Notes: generated from the letters alone by a model not told the origin. A DNA stretch of 64,000 nucleotides from Squalus acanthias (GCA_030390025.1 CM059433.1:4588001-4652000), one strand, 5' to 3'. Positions 1-13,204 are shown, counted from the stretch's first letter. Translations and numbers: made by a program.

Positions 1-1383
1 ATGGCCTGCAGCGCTACCGGTGAAAAATTGGCGCTGGGGGTTGGCGACGTGTAGCACAGTGTTAACTTGCCGTGCAAGGCCCTCCTGGTGGCGTTAGTGA
101 GGCCTCTGACCCGAAGTTCCCGTCCACAGTCGGCGTTGCTGCTTCCTACAGCCTCTGGGAGCGAGGCTGTGGAGCTCGCAAGGCATTGTGGGCAATTAAA
201 GGGGCCGTGCAGTCAGAGCTAATAAAAATTACAAGGCAGGGAAAAAAAATGCAGCTTTCATCCCTTACTGCCTTTCGAAAAAAAATTCACCATTAAAAAG
301 CAGTCCCGAATGGGAGTCTTCAGTACTTAAAGCTGAATTCCCTTCCGAACCTCAAAAAATGGGAAAAGTGCTTCAGCACCAACACAAATGGCTCAGCAAG
401 CCAGGGAAGGGGCACCCAGGGTCTCGGACGCAGCACTCCAGCTTTGTGCAGGGGGTCAACACTGGAAGAGAGGTCCTCTACCCACAGGGGCCAGGAGGCC
501 CTCCAGAAAGAATGATGTGGGACCAGATCACTGAGACCGTCACTGCCAGCAGTGTCGCCCCGACCCCCTGGCTCCAGTGCCCAAAGAAGCTTCATGACCT
601 CAAGACCACTGGTCAAGGTCAGTGAATGTATCTTCAAAAGCCGTCTCCTACCAACTGAACCATTAGTCTCACACACTGCTCAATCCACGACCCCCAATCA
701 CTCACCTACCAACAATATGCACCAATCACGAGGCACATCTCCCATTCCTAGATTCACCTCACCCCCTTGGAGGAGACGGTGCAGGCTATTCTTGGCAGGG
801 CCATGGCTGAGCCCTTGGCCAGCGGCGGGGCTGAAAGGATAAAAGATGCTGGTATCCTCACACAGTATCCTCCTTCTGGCCCTCCCCTCACAACACACCC
901 AAGAAATGCTGCCTGCTCAGCCAGTGGGTGATGAAAAAGAGGGAGAGGAGAGTGAAGAAGAAGATTGATTTGACACTCCCAGCCACCAGCTCCTCAAGGT
1001 CGACCAGCAAGGCCATTTGCAGTGTCCCCACTGAAAGTCAGCAGCCGTCCACCAGCCACGCTGCATGCACTGGGGTAGCACTGCATGACATCAGTAAGAT
1101 AGGCAAAGGCACACACAAGACAGTCACTAAGAAAATGCATACGGGCGATGAGTTAATTTCTTGATGTCATATTGCATGGATAAAGTTGAATTGGAAAGTT
1201 TGCTTTGTGGTGGCTTTTATTGCACGCCGACTGACTTCACCAGTCCGCCATTTTTTTTGGCAGGACGCGAATACTTTGCGGGGACGTCCAAAATGGAGGA
1301 TGTCACAGGACTTGCCACCAACTGGCGAAAGCAGCCATTTTTTGACAGTAACGGGTGGCGTAAAGCCCCCAAATTTTTCGCCC
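1..1383 (+). mobile_element. Decayed Harbinger-type element; left end outside window; Myb/SANT-like gene remnant at about 387-620
   Basis: ATG MAQQAREGAPRVSDAALQ... then WDQITETVTASSVAPTPWLQCPKKLHDL; 990-1150 resembles the Myb 3' ends at about 36690-36820 and 62600-62740; terminal aaatttttcgccc. Confidence 0.7.
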
Positions 1384-1606
1384 AGAGAATTAATTTAGTT
1401 TGGCATGACAGCCAGGCAGCAGTGTGATAGAGCCATATAGTTTTATCACATTACTGGCTTCTCCAATGTGCAGAGTACAATAGCTGGCAAGTATGTAGTA
1501 TTATGAGCACCAACCAGTAACCCCCTCAACTATCATAATAGGAAGGGGTAACCACATGCTGATTGCATCTGGTTACACACAATCTGGACGAAGAATCATT
1601 CATGAG

Positions 1607-2668
1607 GGTATGGTAGTGTAGTGGTTATGTTACTGGAGTGGTAATCTAGTGCCCTGGACTAATAATCCAGAGAATGCAAGTTCAAATCCTATCATGGCAG
1701 TTTCAGAATTTGAATTCAGCTTTAAAAAAAAAATACCACCACAAGAGTGCCAGGCAATGACCATCTCCAACAAGAGAAAGTCTAACCACATCTCCTTGAT
1801 ATTCAATGGCATTTACATCGCTGAATCCCCCACCATCAACATCATGGGGGTGGGGCGGTCACCATTGGCCAAAAACGCAACTGGACCAGCCACATAAATG
1901 TCCTGGCTACTACAGCAGGTCAGAGGCTGGCTATCCTGGAGCGAGTGTTTCACCTCCTGACTCCCCAAAGCCTTTCCACCATCTACAAGGCACAAGTAAG
2001 GAGTGTGATGGAATACTTTCCACTTGCCTGATGAGTGCAGCTCAAACAACACAAGAAGCTGGACACCATCCAGGACGAGGAACCTGCTTGATTGGCACCC
2101 CATCCATCACCTTAAACATTCACTCACTCCACCACCGGCGTACTACATAAGATTACAAAAACAGTCCATGCCAGCTCCACTCGAGCCTCCTCCCGTCTTT
2201 CCTTATCTAAATCTTTCAGCATAACCCTCTATTTCCTTCTCCCTCATATGCTCGTCTAGCCTCCCCTTAAATGCATCTATACTATTCGCTTCAACCACTC
2301 CCTGTGATAGCGAGTTCCACATTCTCACCACTGTGGCTGCAGTGTGCAGTACTTACAAAATGCACTGCAGCACCTCCCAAACCTGCGACCTCTGCCACCT
2401 AGAAGGACAAGGGCAGCAGGCGCATGGGAACACCATCACCTCTAAGTTCCCCTCCAAGTCACACACCATCCTGACTTAGAAGTATATCGGCCGATCCTTC
2501 ATCGTCGCTGGGTCAAAATCCTGGAACTCCCTCCCTAACAGCACTGTGGGAGTACCTTCACCACACGGACTGCAGCGGTTCAAGAAGGCGACACACCACC
2601 ACCTTCTCAAGGACAACTAGAGATGGGCAATGAATGCTGGCCTTGCCAGCGACGCCCACATCCCATAA
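1607..2668 (+). mobile_element. tRNA-SINE head followed by the 3' part of a CR1-group LINE (family 'B'), interrupted at about 2145-2330 by an antisense CR1 3' fragment
   Basis: Frameshifted IYKAQVRSVMEY...HSLHHRR...KSWNSLP; tail gatgggcaatgaatgctggccttgccagcgacgcccacatccc; SINE head matches 54240-54340(-). Confidence 0.8.
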
Positions 2669-3097
2669 ACTGTTGCTGTTATGGATCTGCAGGAGAGTAT
2701 AAACTAACAAACTGTGGGCATAACCCCCCCATTGGGATTCAGGAGACAGAGAGGAGTGTGAAAGCTTCTGGCTGTCTGATAATTCACAGGATGCGATGGT
2801 AACTTTTCTAGGTGGGCACTCTCTAAACTGCTGACTGCACTCTCTCACTAGCTCCCATGGCTAGAGTACAGCTTCCCCTTAATAGCTCCGTGATCAGCCT
2901 CGTTGTCCAGAATGCTCCCTCTGGGCCTTGCCTTTCACAGGTATTATGCGCAGGTATCTACTCTAACAAGATTGAGGGAATGAAGTGAAGGCGAGCATTT
3001 GAGGGAAGTCGCCCAGGTGACATCAGACAGCTGATGTAATAAATCAACTGGAATCACTCAGTTAAGTGGATGAAGGGGTTTCAAGGTTCTGCATGCA

Positions 3098-3562
3098 CGC
3101 TCGACACCATCCAGGACAAAGCAGCCCGCTTGATGGGCGGCCCCATCCACCACCTTAAACATTCACTCCCTCCACCACCGGCGTACCGTGGCTGCAGTGT
3201 GTACCATCTACAAGATACACTGCAGCAACTCGCCAAGGCTTCTTCGGCAGCACCTCCCAAACCCGCGACCTCTTCCACCTAGAAGGACAAGGGCAGCAGG
3301 TGCATGGGAACACCACCACCTCCAAGTTCCCCTCCAAGTCACACACCATCCTGACTTGGAAATATATCGGCCGTTCCTTCATCGTCGCTGGGTCAAAATC
3401 CTGGAACTCCCTCCCTAACAGCGCTGTGGGAGCACCTTCACCACACGGACTGCAACGGTTCAAGAAGGCAGCTCACCACCACCTTCTATGGGGCAACTAG
3501 GGATGGGCAATAAATGCTGGCCTTGCCAGCGACGCCCATATCCCATAAATGAATAAAAAAAA
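3098..3562 (+). mobile_element. LINE family 'B' 3' fragment
   Basis: LDTIQDKAARL...AVCTIYK.HCSNSPRLLRQHLPNPRPLPPRRTRAA...AHHHLL.GN*, then the conserved tail and A-run. Confidence 0.85.
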
Positions 3563-3869
3563 GTAATTGCTGTTAGCAGAGATGGTAACACATAATATAA
3601 GGTCCTGAGTTAGGGACCCCCTTAACCACGGTGCAGCGTGAAGGGTTCCTCGTGCAGCTATTATTTTAGAGGGTGAACAGTGTGTTGATGTGCAGGATAC
3701 CCAAGGAAGAAAAGGCAGAGTGGCTAGTGTGTTACCTTTCCTGCCCTCATCTGGTCCTTCAACTTTTTCCAGCATTGGTCTGTAGTTCTGGGGGGTGGGG
3801 GGGCGGGTGAGACAGATGGCATTCAGTCCCACTGCCACTTCCCTCCCACATGGCACACAAGACACTGTT

Positions 3870-4050
3870 TTGCAGCTTCCTCTCTCACACTCCCAGCAGT
3901 TGGTCTCTCGTTCCCTCTCTCAATCGGTGCAACTCATCCAGGAGCATCTGTAGGTGAGCCTCATTTAAATTTTGTGCTCTTCTTTCCTGCCTCCTTCCAA
4001 TGCCTTTATTGGGTGCCTCTGTCAGCTCTTCCATTTGAAGACATGTTTTA
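3870..4050 (-). pseudogene. Remnant of a Harbinger-associated Myb/SANT-like gene start
   Basis: ORF 3885-4124 contains RRQERRAQNLNEAHLQMLLDEL, similar to the R-A-x-x-F-S-x-x-x-L-x-x-L starts of the other Myb remnants in this window. Confidence 0.4.
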
Positions 4051-4147
4051 AAAATGCTACAAATTCTTACAAGCCACCTACTATCTGACAAGCAGCTCAG
4101 TCTGGCAACAGCAACAACTTGCATTTATATAGCACCCTTAAATGTTA

Positions 4148-4495
4148 GCCGTGGCTCAGTGGGTAGCACACTCGCCTCTGAGTCAGAAGGTTGTGGGTTC
4201 AGAGTCTCTCTCCGGTGGACATAAAAGATCCCATGGGCACTATTTCAAAGAAGAGCAGGGGAGTTATCCCCGGTGTCCTGGTCAATATTTATCCCTCAAC
4301 CAACATCACTAAAAACAGATTATCTGGTCATTATCACATTGCTGTTTGTGGGAGCTTGCTGTGCGCAAATTGGCTGCCGCGTTTCCCACATTACAACAGT
4401 GACTCCACTTCAAAAGTACTTTATTGGCTGTAAAGCACTTTGAGACGTCCGGTGGTTGTGAAAGGCGCTATAGAAATGTAAGACTTTCTTTTTTC
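4148..4495 (+). mobile_element. DeuSINE-type tRNA SINE with internal deletion
   Basis: A-box tggctcagtgg head joined directly to tctctccggtggacataaaagatcccatgg; tail aaggcgctatagaaatg; compare the full copy at 39416-39888. Confidence 0.85.
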
Positions 4496-4792
4496 TTTAA
4501 CATAGTAAAACATTCCAAAATGTTCACTGCTTACTTACTGCATCCTCAGCTTGTTATTGCAATCTTCAGCCATTACAGGCCCTTTAAAGATCTACTCCTT
4601 CAATTTCCATTTCAAACAGCACTGTACTCTCACTCAGCCAATGCCAAAGTATATAAAAAATGGGTTGAGCCCATGATTGACAGTGGGGTCAGTGCTGGAG
4701 AGGATCATTCGGCAGAAGGCTGCCTCTGGGGCACATCACTGACATAAATGGCCCCGTGGATTTTTGTGGTCAATATTGAGAGGGGACATGTA

Positions 4793-5247
4793 CAGGAAAC
4801 TCTCGTTTAAACGGCACCTAAATATCGGAATTCTCTAATAACCGGCAAAATTCATACTCCGAAAACAACACCTCAATAACCGGAAATGTTGCCGAGTCCG
4901 AGTCTCCGGCGGTGGCCGAGTTAGTCAGTGGGGGTAGTTCTCCAAACTGCCACTACTCGGCTTCCTGGCGCTGTGGGAAGTCCGAACACCTCAATAACAG
5001 GAGTCTGACTCTCCCGTGCTGCCGGTAGTCTCTGGCAGTACTGTACTTAATCAAGCATCTTCCACCATCCATTTAACACAACATTCTGTAGGTGAGTACC
5101 CAATTACTGTATACTGCACATTTCTTGATTTTTTTATTTTTTTTTGTTAAAAATAGCCTCGGTAGATATAACTCCCCGTTATCCGGAATTTTTAATCAAC
5201 CGGCACCACCCGGGTCCCGTCGGTGCCGGATACCAAGGAGTTTCCTG
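4793..5247. mobile_element. pogo/Tigger-type (Tc1/mariner) MITE, 455 bp
   Basis: TA|caggaaactc...cggcacc / ggtgccg...gagtttcctg|TA: imperfect TIRs of about 25 bp, CAG..CTG ends, TA duplication. Confidence 0.85.
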
Positions 5248-5261
5248 TACAATGTTGGACG

Positions 5262-6068
5262 ACAGTCAGGCTGAGGCTGATAAGTGGCAAGTAACATTCG
5301 CACCATACATGTGCCAGGCAATGATTATCTCAACAAGAGAGTCTAACCACCGCCCCTTGACATTCAATGGCATTACCATCGTCGAATCCCCCACCATCAA
5401 CATCCTGGGGGGGCACCATTGTCCAGAAACTTAACTGGACCAGTCACATAAATAATGGGGCTACAAGAGCAGGTCAGAGACTGATAATTCTGCAACGAGT
5501 GTCTCACCTCCTGACTCCCCAAAGCCTCTACAAGGCACAAGTAAGTAGTGATGGAATACTCTCCACTTGCCTGGATGAGTGCAGCTCCAACAACACTCAA
5601 GAAGCTCGACACCATCCAGGACAAAGCAGCCCGCTTGATTGGCACCCCACCCACCACCTTAAACAATCACTCCCTCCACCACCGGCGCACCGTGGCTGCA
5701 GTGTGCACCATCTACAAGATGCACTGCAGCAACTCGCCAAGGCTTCTTCGGCAGCACCTCCCAAACCCGGGACCTCTTCCACCTAGAAGGACAAGGGCAG
5801 CAGGCGCACACGAACACCATCACCTCCAAGTTCCCCTCCAAGTCACACACCGTCCTGACTTGGAAATATATCGGTCGTTCCTTCATCGTCGCTGGGTCAA
5901 AATCCTGGAACTCCCTCCCTAACAGCACTGTGGGAGCACCTTCACCACACGGACTGCAGTGGTTCAAGAGGGCGGCTCACCACCACCTTCTCAACGGCAA
6001 CTAGGGATGGGGAATGAATGCTGGCCTCGCCAGCGACGCCTACATCCCATAAATGAATAAAAAAAACA
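5262..6068 (+). mobile_element. LINE family 'B' 3' fragment
   Basis: ADKWQVTFAP...MEYSPLAWMSAAPTTLKKLDTIQDKAARLIG...; conserved tail and A-run. Confidence 0.88.
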
Positions 6069-6189
6069 ATCTTCTGAATTCAGGTATATTATGAGTGGAC
6101 TTTCTTTTTTTAATTTCCACTCCCAATGTTTTAAAACTGCAGCCATGAAACATTTTCTGAGCTATTGCTATCCAGCCCCTCCCCCTCAC

Positions 6190-6788
6190 CTGTGGTGGGC
6201 CATTCAGCAGAAGTCTGCGTGGATGAAACATCTCAGTTCTGCTCTGTGTCTTGTTGAAATCCATATGGTTTTGTTTAGCCACTGTCCACTGGCGATAGTA
6301 CAGGGATTGCTCTGTGGAAGTCATCATCTTGGCCAACGAAGGATGAAAGGAGGTTATCCAATGCACTGAATGATGCGGAAGAAAGGACGATAATTTAGCC
6401 ACTCCAGCATTGTCCACTTTAGTAACAATCTCGTAGACCAATTTTGGGAGAAACACAGTTGGCGGCTGACTTGCCACCTTTGTCCTTGGGCACTGGGATG
6501 CCGTGTGTCCCACACCGGGGGTCTGAGTCGAGGAAGAGCCAGAGGAAAAGGTTTTTGAGGTTCTTCTCGAGCTTTTGTTGCTGTTGTCGATTTGATCCAA
6601 GTTTATTCTGTGCTTTTCTGAATAGCGCATCTCACGGATAGGCTTCCGCTGTGTGTTGTCTGCTCTCAGCTTCGGCTTGTCTCTGGTCACACTACTGTCC
6701 TCAATATTAACAAATTCAGCATTCAGTGGGTGTCTTGCGGAATCCTCTGCTCCGGAGGCGGAGAAAGGATCACTCTCGCAGATTAAGC
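6190..6788 (-). CDS. GREB1: GREB1 large coding exon, 599 nt, phase 1-0 (last in window)
   Basis: aattag|GC...CAG|gtgagg; QPPTVFLPKLVY...MTSTEQSLYYRQWTV...FHPRRLLLNGPPQ. In GREB1 the next exon continues xGKT (Walker-A-like). Confidence 0.96.
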
Positions 6789-6919
6789 CTAATTTTGCCA
6801 TAGAAAAATAAAGATATTAATTTGCGTCAGATGAAACGTTGCAGCTAGTTTGAGTAATGCTTCTTCTGGTCTATTATGTTTTGCAAAACAATTTCAAAAC
6901 TCAAGAGTATTTTTCTTAC

Positions 6920-7015
6920 TTGAGGCTTTTGACGATCTAGATGAAGCTGAGTGATTAGAATGTGAGCGCTGTCTCTTAATACTACATTTCTTTCCCGAGT
7001 CTGCAACTGTGGTCA
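6920..7015 (-). CDS. GREB1: GREB1 short Ser-rich coding exon, 96 nt, phase 1-1 (not in ORF track)
   Basis: Strong pyrimidine tract ttttag|TG...TCAA|gtaaga; VTTVADSGKKCSIKRQRSHSNHSASSRSSKAS, resembling the recalled GREB1 'KRERSRSHDSASSSLSSKAS'. Confidence 0.85.
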
Positions 7016-7130
7016 CTAAAATAAGAGCAACAAATAAGAAGTCACAGTGAAACATTAGTCACTGGAACACATTTATGATGCATTTAAAATATAAATGGTG
7101 ATAATTAGTTTTGCCTGCATTTAAAATATT

Positions 7131-7860
7131 GGCCCGTAATTTCCGATTGGAGGCTTCCTGCGTGCAGAGGCCTCTATCGGAAAAAAATCTACGAACTTAC
7201 CCGAGGGCTCCCGAGGTCCGGACACTTCCGATCCTGGGCCTCTCCACAGTCGAATTGCACAGGGCCCGCGTATCCCAGGAGCGCAGGCGGTTCGCAAGCG
7301 TCCCTGGGATCATGTGGGCCATGAGGAGCCAATAGGAGAAGGGAATCTCCCTTCATACTTTTGACAGATAGACCCGTCAAATATATGAATGGAGATCACC
7401 CCAAAAATACACTAAAACATTAAATACATTTTTTAAAAAACCATCACGTTTTTAAAATGAGTTAAAATTACAATAAATTAAATATTTTAAACAAAAACTA
7501 AATTAAAAAAAATAATTAAAGTTTTTTACGGGGCTAAAAATAAACTTACCTTTTTTTAAAAGTATTTTAAAATTATAAATGAGTGAAAACATTTTTTTTT
7601 ACTTTTTTAAACTCTTATGCTGGTAAAAGCAGGCCTTACGCGTGCTTTCACCAGGCGTAAGATTTCTAAGGGTTTTCTGCGGGCGGAGGTTCTCTAGAAA
7701 GTGGAACTATCCGCCCGCAGAGGCCCTTCTCCAGGGCAGGCGGAGGATCTGTCAAGAGCATTCTTGACAGATCGGAAATGCCGGTTTTCAGCGCATGCGC
7801 TGTGCATGCCTCAAACCGGCATTTCCGATGTCCCTACGGGTGTGTACACAGCGCGTACTT
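7131..7860 (+). mobile_element. Hairpin-rich Harbinger-type MITE (subfamily 1), right end truncated
   Basis: att|ggcccgtaatttccg; colinear with 26406-27145 and 59830-60579. Confidence 0.85.
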
Positions 7861-7875
7861 TGGGCACCCTACTTT

Positions 7876-8466
7876 AGGGAGGATGTTTCCCCTGGCTGTG
7901 GAGTCTAGAACCAGGGGTCACAGTCTCCGAATAAGGGGGTCGGCCATTTAGGACTGAGATGAGGAGAAATTTCTTCACTCAGAGGGTGGTGAATCTTTGA
8001 AATTCTCTGCCCCAGAGGGCTGTGGAGGCTCAGTCGTTGAGTATATTCAAGAAGGAAAGAAGAAGAATAGAAGAAGAAGAAGGAAAGAAGAACTTGCATT
8101 TCTATAGCACCTTTCACGACCACTGGACGTCTCAAAGCGATTTACAGCCAATAAAGTACTTTTGAAGTGGAGTCACTGTTGTAATGTGGGAAATGCGGCA
8201 GCCAATTTGCGCACAGCAAGCTCCCACAAACAGCAATGTGATAATGGCCAGATAATCTGTTTTTGTTATGTTGCTTTGTTTTTTGTTATGTCAAGACAGA
8301 GATCAGAGATCGATAGATTTTTGGATATCAATGGAATCAAGGGATATGGAGATCGGGTGGGAAAGTGGAGTTGAGGTCGAAGATCAGCCATGATCTTATT
8401 GAATGGCAGAGCAGGCTCGAGGGGCCGAATGGCCTACTCTTGCTCCTATTTCTTATGTTCTTATGT
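7876..8466 (+). mobile_element. CR1 LINE 3' end with an antisense DeuSINE 3' half inserted at about 8060-8290
   Basis: GRMFPLAVESRTRGHSLRIRGRPFRTEMRRNFFTQRVVNL; tail ttcttatgttcttatg. Confidence 0.9.
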
Positions 8467-8469
8467 AGA

Positions 8470-8960
8470 AAGCATGTCAAGGCCATGGAGAGGGTGCAGA
8501 AGAAAGTCACTCTGATGCCAGGGATGAGACACTTTCGTTATAAGAATTGATTCGAGAAACTGAAGCTCCTTTCATTAGAGTAGCGCAGGTTAACAATTTT
8601 GATAGAAGTATTCAGAATTATGAAGAGTTTTGAGAAGGTAAATAAGGAGACAATACTTCGACTGGTCACTGAGTTGGTAACTAGAGGGTATAAACTTAAG
8701 ATCAAAAGAACAAATGGAGAGCTATGGGGATTTTTTCATATTTTTCTTTTACACAGAGAGCTGTTAGGGTATGGGGTGCCCGACCAGAAACACTGGTGGA
8801 AGCATAATCCATAATGACTTTGAAAATTGAAGTGGATAAATATTTGGGGAAAAAATGAAACGGCTATGGGAAAAGGACAGGGGAATGGAACTAACTGGAT
8901 AGCTCTTTCAAAGAGCCAACACAGGGGCGATGGAGCGAATGCTCTCCTTCTGTGCTATTA
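8470..8960 (+). mobile_element. Old CR1 3' fragment
   Basis: AMERVQKK...LIEVFRIMKSFEKV...TRGYKLKI. Confidence 0.65.
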
Positions 8961-9325
8961 AATTTACATGTCGTCTCACCACTTCCTGACTGTTTGACTC
9001 ATCCGTGAGTTCAGATGGCTAATGTTGTGTCATTAGTATTGAGCCATGCAGACCAGAGTACTTGACCATTCTGTGCTGTGGACCTCCAGGAACTGGGCTG
9101 AGCAGGACCAAATTTCACATTCAACAGACAGAGAAGACTTTCATAGAATCAATCTTGCTGCATTTGAACCCCAAGATGAAAGGTCAGTGTGCAACACAGT
9201 GCCCTTAAACCTTTTCATTCCACGTCGTGTTTTTCCCCCACTTGTCTCAAAGGCAGAGTAGCTCATCCAACAGTACAGTTCTACAGGATCCTGGCAGTCC
9301 CCTGCTAACCTTGTTCAGGCAGCAA

Positions 9326-9328
<3 letters not shown>

Positions 9329-9383
<55 letters not shown>
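9329..9383. repeat. (GA)n microsatellite
   Basis: About 27 uninterrupted GA units. Confidence 0.98.
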
Positions 9384-9385
<2 letters not shown>

Positions 9386-9569
9386 TGGTCAGTGGGTGTA
9401 GACAGGCTTTTACACTATGGTGCATCACAGCCAAGCCTGCACATCAAATGTCCAGATGTGTGAATTTTTCAGCGGGTGTCACTAGTCATCAGGAGCAGAA
9501 AGACTGGCTGTTTTTTGTTTTTGTTTTCCAATCTAGAGACACTGAGGTCATTTGTGATGTCTCCCTGCA

Positions 9570-9850
9570 GGGGGCATAGTTTCAGGGTAAGGGGCAGGAG
9601 GTTTAGAGGAGAAACGTTTTCACCCAGAGGGTGGTTGGAATCTGGAACTCACTGTCTGAAAGGGTGGTAGAGGCAGGAACCCTCACAACATTCAAGAAGC
9701 ATTTAGATGAGCACTTGAAACACCATAGCATACAAGGCTACGGACCAAGTGCTGGAAAATGGGATTAGAATAGACAGGGCTTGATGGCCGGCGCCGACAC
9801 GATGGGCCGAAGGGCCTCTTTCTGTGCTGTATAAATCTATGACTCTATAA
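9570..9850 (+). mobile_element. CR1 3' fragment
   Basis: RGHSFRVRGRRFRG...tggaactcactg; tail tctatgactctat. Confidence 0.75.
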
Positions 9851-10038
9851 CACTGCTCTGCTTACACCAGACCAAGGATCAAAGCTGGAATTTTCCTGCT
9901 CACTGTGGCTCAGTTCTATGGCATGTACTTCATGAAACCACGAAGTCACCAGGATCACCTTACGCTCATCAGTTTTTATCCACTGGTCTCAGAGTTTTTG
10001 GTCATTTGTGTCCACTTATTTGTTTCAAAACAGCATAC

Positions 10039-10238
10039 CTTCAACTGCGACATTGTCCTCATCATCGTCAGTGCTGCCTGGCTTATCCAGGTCACTCTCG
10101 GAATGATCATTCACTATCACTGTCTTCCCAGGGGCGTCAAGAACTACATAACAAGCTGCCAGACCCAGTTCTTGCTCCAGAGCAGTTCGCAAAAGACAAG
10201 TTGAGTTTATTAAACGTAAATCATAGTACTTTGCAGAC
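10039..10238 (-). CDS. GREB1: GREB1 coding exon, 200 nt, phase 2-1 (not in ORF track)
   Basis: tcccag|G...GAAG|gtatgc; SAKYYDLRLINSTCLLRTALEQELGLAACYVV...STDDDEDNVAVE. Confidence 0.95.
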
Positions 10239-10510
10239 CTGGGAAGGGAGGAAAGCAGAAAACTAGTTCAAAGTAATGCCAAGCAAACTTTAAGATTATC
10301 TCATTTACTTCACCAACAAACAGAGCCTACAGCTCACTTTCTATAGACAAATTCATAAAACACACATAGAAATTGTACTTCCTGTAGGGATACGAGTTTC
10401 ATCTTGAGCATTGTGAAGGGAAAAGGACAGCAGGAGCCAAACTATATTCGACATGTGCCAGTGTGAGAGATGACATGGATATACCTGCCAGAAGAGCTGC
10501 ATTAATATGT

Positions 10511-11192
10511 GGGCCTGAAGTTTTTTTTGCCCAAGCGCCGATATCGGCCAAACCAGAGCAAGAGATTGCGGAATTTCGAGCGCATTTACATCCAGCACAA
10601 ATCGAGTTTCCGAGATCTTTTACACTAGTTTAAAAAACACATCACGCTAGAATCTGACCCTGGCCACCCGCCCAGCTCGAACTAATTACCATTGGGAGTT
10701 TCCGCTAATTGCGCCCTGCGAGGTGGCTCTAAAATTAAGCCTTTTTTGGGGGGCACAAGGGCACTAATAGGTGGGTTTTAAAAGCTTCTGAATTTTTTTT
10801 TAAACTTACTAAGAGACTGACTACTGTAGCCCAATATAATTAGTAAATGTTTCTGTATAGTTTTTTAAAATTCATTTTCATTTATTTAAAATCAGGTTAA
10901 TCACAGGTGGTCATCACAGTCTGACTAAAAATGCATATTATTCAAACTGCCCCCAGTTACCACGCTTAAATATATCAAGGAACATTTTTTAAAACACAAT
11001 TTAAAAAAAATTACGTGCTAAAACGCTGCTCGATTGCGCTGGTTAATGCAGATTTTACGTTTGGCGATATGCAAATGAGTTTGAGCGGAAACTTGGGCGG
11101 GGGGGGGGGGGCGGGAGAGAGAGGATCACTTCTCAAAACTGGCGCAATTTGCACCTGGATCGCTGATTGTGCCCAATGTGGAAACTCTGCCC
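10511..11192. mobile_element. MITE-like element, probably Harbinger-type
   Basis: Imperfect termini gggcctgaagttt / aaactctgccc; CpG-rich ends around an AT-rich core. Confidence 0.45.
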
Positions 11193-11523
11193 CACGATAA
11201 ATAATGTCAATTCTAAATGCTTCACTTGTTCAATGGGTGGAGGTCACGTTCTCTTGGCTGTCCACATCCAATGAAAACCATGTAAATACAAGTGCAATTT
11301 ATAAAATTTGAATGGATCCACAAGTGGGAAAGATAGCACACGTATATTAGCAGTATTAATACCTTTGAAGGGACAGTTTTGCATTCCTAGCTGGGAGTGT
11401 ACTGCAGGAGATTGTGGATACACCCATGAGCTTCCCGTGAATCTCGTTCCCCATGAGCATGGAATCAACCCTCAGAGGTCATCCGTATCTCCCATCTGTC
11501 TTTTTAATTTCTTTATTTTTAAT

Positions 11524-12286
11524 GGGCCAGGAATTCGGCTGTTGTCGGGTGAGTACGCGCTGTGTACTCACCCGTAAGGCCACCTGAAGTGCCAGTTTCC
11601 TGCATGCACTGCGCATGCGCGGGAAACCGGAACTTCCGTTCCCCTGAAGGGAGGGGTTCAGAAGTCGAACGCGTGCGCGGGAGAGGCTGCGCGCACGCAG
11701 CGAACTTCGGGTTTTTTTCAGGTTTCTCCGGGAAGGTAAGTATGGAGAAGCTGCACTTTTAAAAAGGAGGAACAAGGCCTGTTTTTAACAAGGTAAGTGG
11801 TTAATTAATTACAATTTGAACATTTTTTCAACAGGTTTATCTTTTTTAGATACTTTAAAGAAAGGTAAGTTTATTTTTAGCACCGTTAAAAAGTATAATT
11901 AATTTTTTCAAAAATTTTAATTTTTGTTTAAAGTAGTTAATTTATGTAACTTATAGTTATTTTAAAAATGTGATTTAAAAAAAAAATGTATTTGAAGTTT
12001 AAGTGTGGTTTTGGGGCCGATCTCTATTCATAGATTTGACAGGTCTTCCTGTTAAATCTATGAATGAAAATTCCCTGCTCCGATTGGCTCTCCATGGCCC
12101 ACGTGATCCCAGGGGACGCTTCGAACTAACTGCGCCCCTGGGATACGCCAGCACTGCGCGCCGGCAGCTGGAGGAGGCCCAGGACCGGAATTCCTCGTGG
12201 GCCCAAAGCACAACAGCAGGCGCGGTAGGCAAGTACACGCGCGATGCTTGCACCCGCAGGAAGCCGGAGAGCCGAATTTCTGGCCC
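11524..12286 (-). mobile_element. Hairpin-rich Harbinger-type MITE (subfamily 2)
   Basis: AAT|gggccaggaattcggc...gccgaatttctggccc|AAT; reverse complement of 27365-28126. Confidence 0.92.
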
Positions 12287-13009
12287 AATGTGTTCTTAGG
12301 ATGTGAGCGATGCTGAATTTATGGCCCATTCCTCAGTGCCTTCTGAAGTTGTGCAGGGCAACAGAAGTAAATGAGTGCAGTTTATTCCTCAAGTCACGCG
12401 TAGGCCAGATTGGTAGGGCAGATAGATTCCCTTTCCTGAACCAGATGGATGTTTATGACAAAACCGCAGCTTTCGTGATCATTTATGTTCTCATTATCAT
12501 TTTGTTATTCCGTTTCCTGCCCAGCCAGCAGCAATCAGGGAAGATCGGCCGGTGGGGGGACGGTGGTAGAGGTCGGGGGGAGGTGGTAGAGGTCGGGGAG
12601 GGGGAGGTCAGACCAGCAATCAGGAGGGAGGCAGGGAAAGACAGTGGGTTGAGGAGGGTCAGCAGACCACGGGGCAGAAGGCTCGGGATCGCAGGTTGAA
12701 GGAGGAGTTGGCAGATCGTGGCAGCGAGGAGAGGCTGCGATTGGCAGAAGATTGGCTTTGCTCGAGGGGCCGGGGGCAGCACTCCTGCTCCTACCGGCTC
12801 ACAAGCAGTGCTCTAAAATTCCCGAGCCCTGGGAAACCCATTCGGCAACCGGCAAATATCAATCAGGCTTCCAACTGCATTGTGGGAGCGTGATTTAAAT
12901 ATTATAATGAAGTGCCCCGCCTCTCCAAGATGGGTCACAGGCATGCCACGCAACCAATCGCTTTAAAGTAAGATTCTGGATTTACCTTTTCCATTTCCTT
13001 AACTAGCTT

Positions 13010-13204
13010 TTATGCCTCCATAAGATCACCTCTCAAAGACTCCTCCTTTCCAGGATGAAAAGTCCAATTTTCCCCAATCTTTGCTGATAATAGTCCTTTT
13101 ACACGAGGAATCAGTCTTGTGGCTCTTGCCTGCACTGCCTCTAATGCTTGAACATCTGCCCTATTTCCTGGTGACTGGAGCGGGACACAGTACTCGAGGT
13201 GCAA
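13010..13204 (-). mobile_element. Old CR1 RT fragment
   Basis: HLEYCVPLQSP...LEAVQARATRLIP...LRGDLME. Confidence 0.7.

Noticed and set aside
1..6189. Next GREB1 exon (xGKTGAYLQFL...)
   Set aside because: Not found by eye; the region is mostly repeats, so the exon is probably left of the window.
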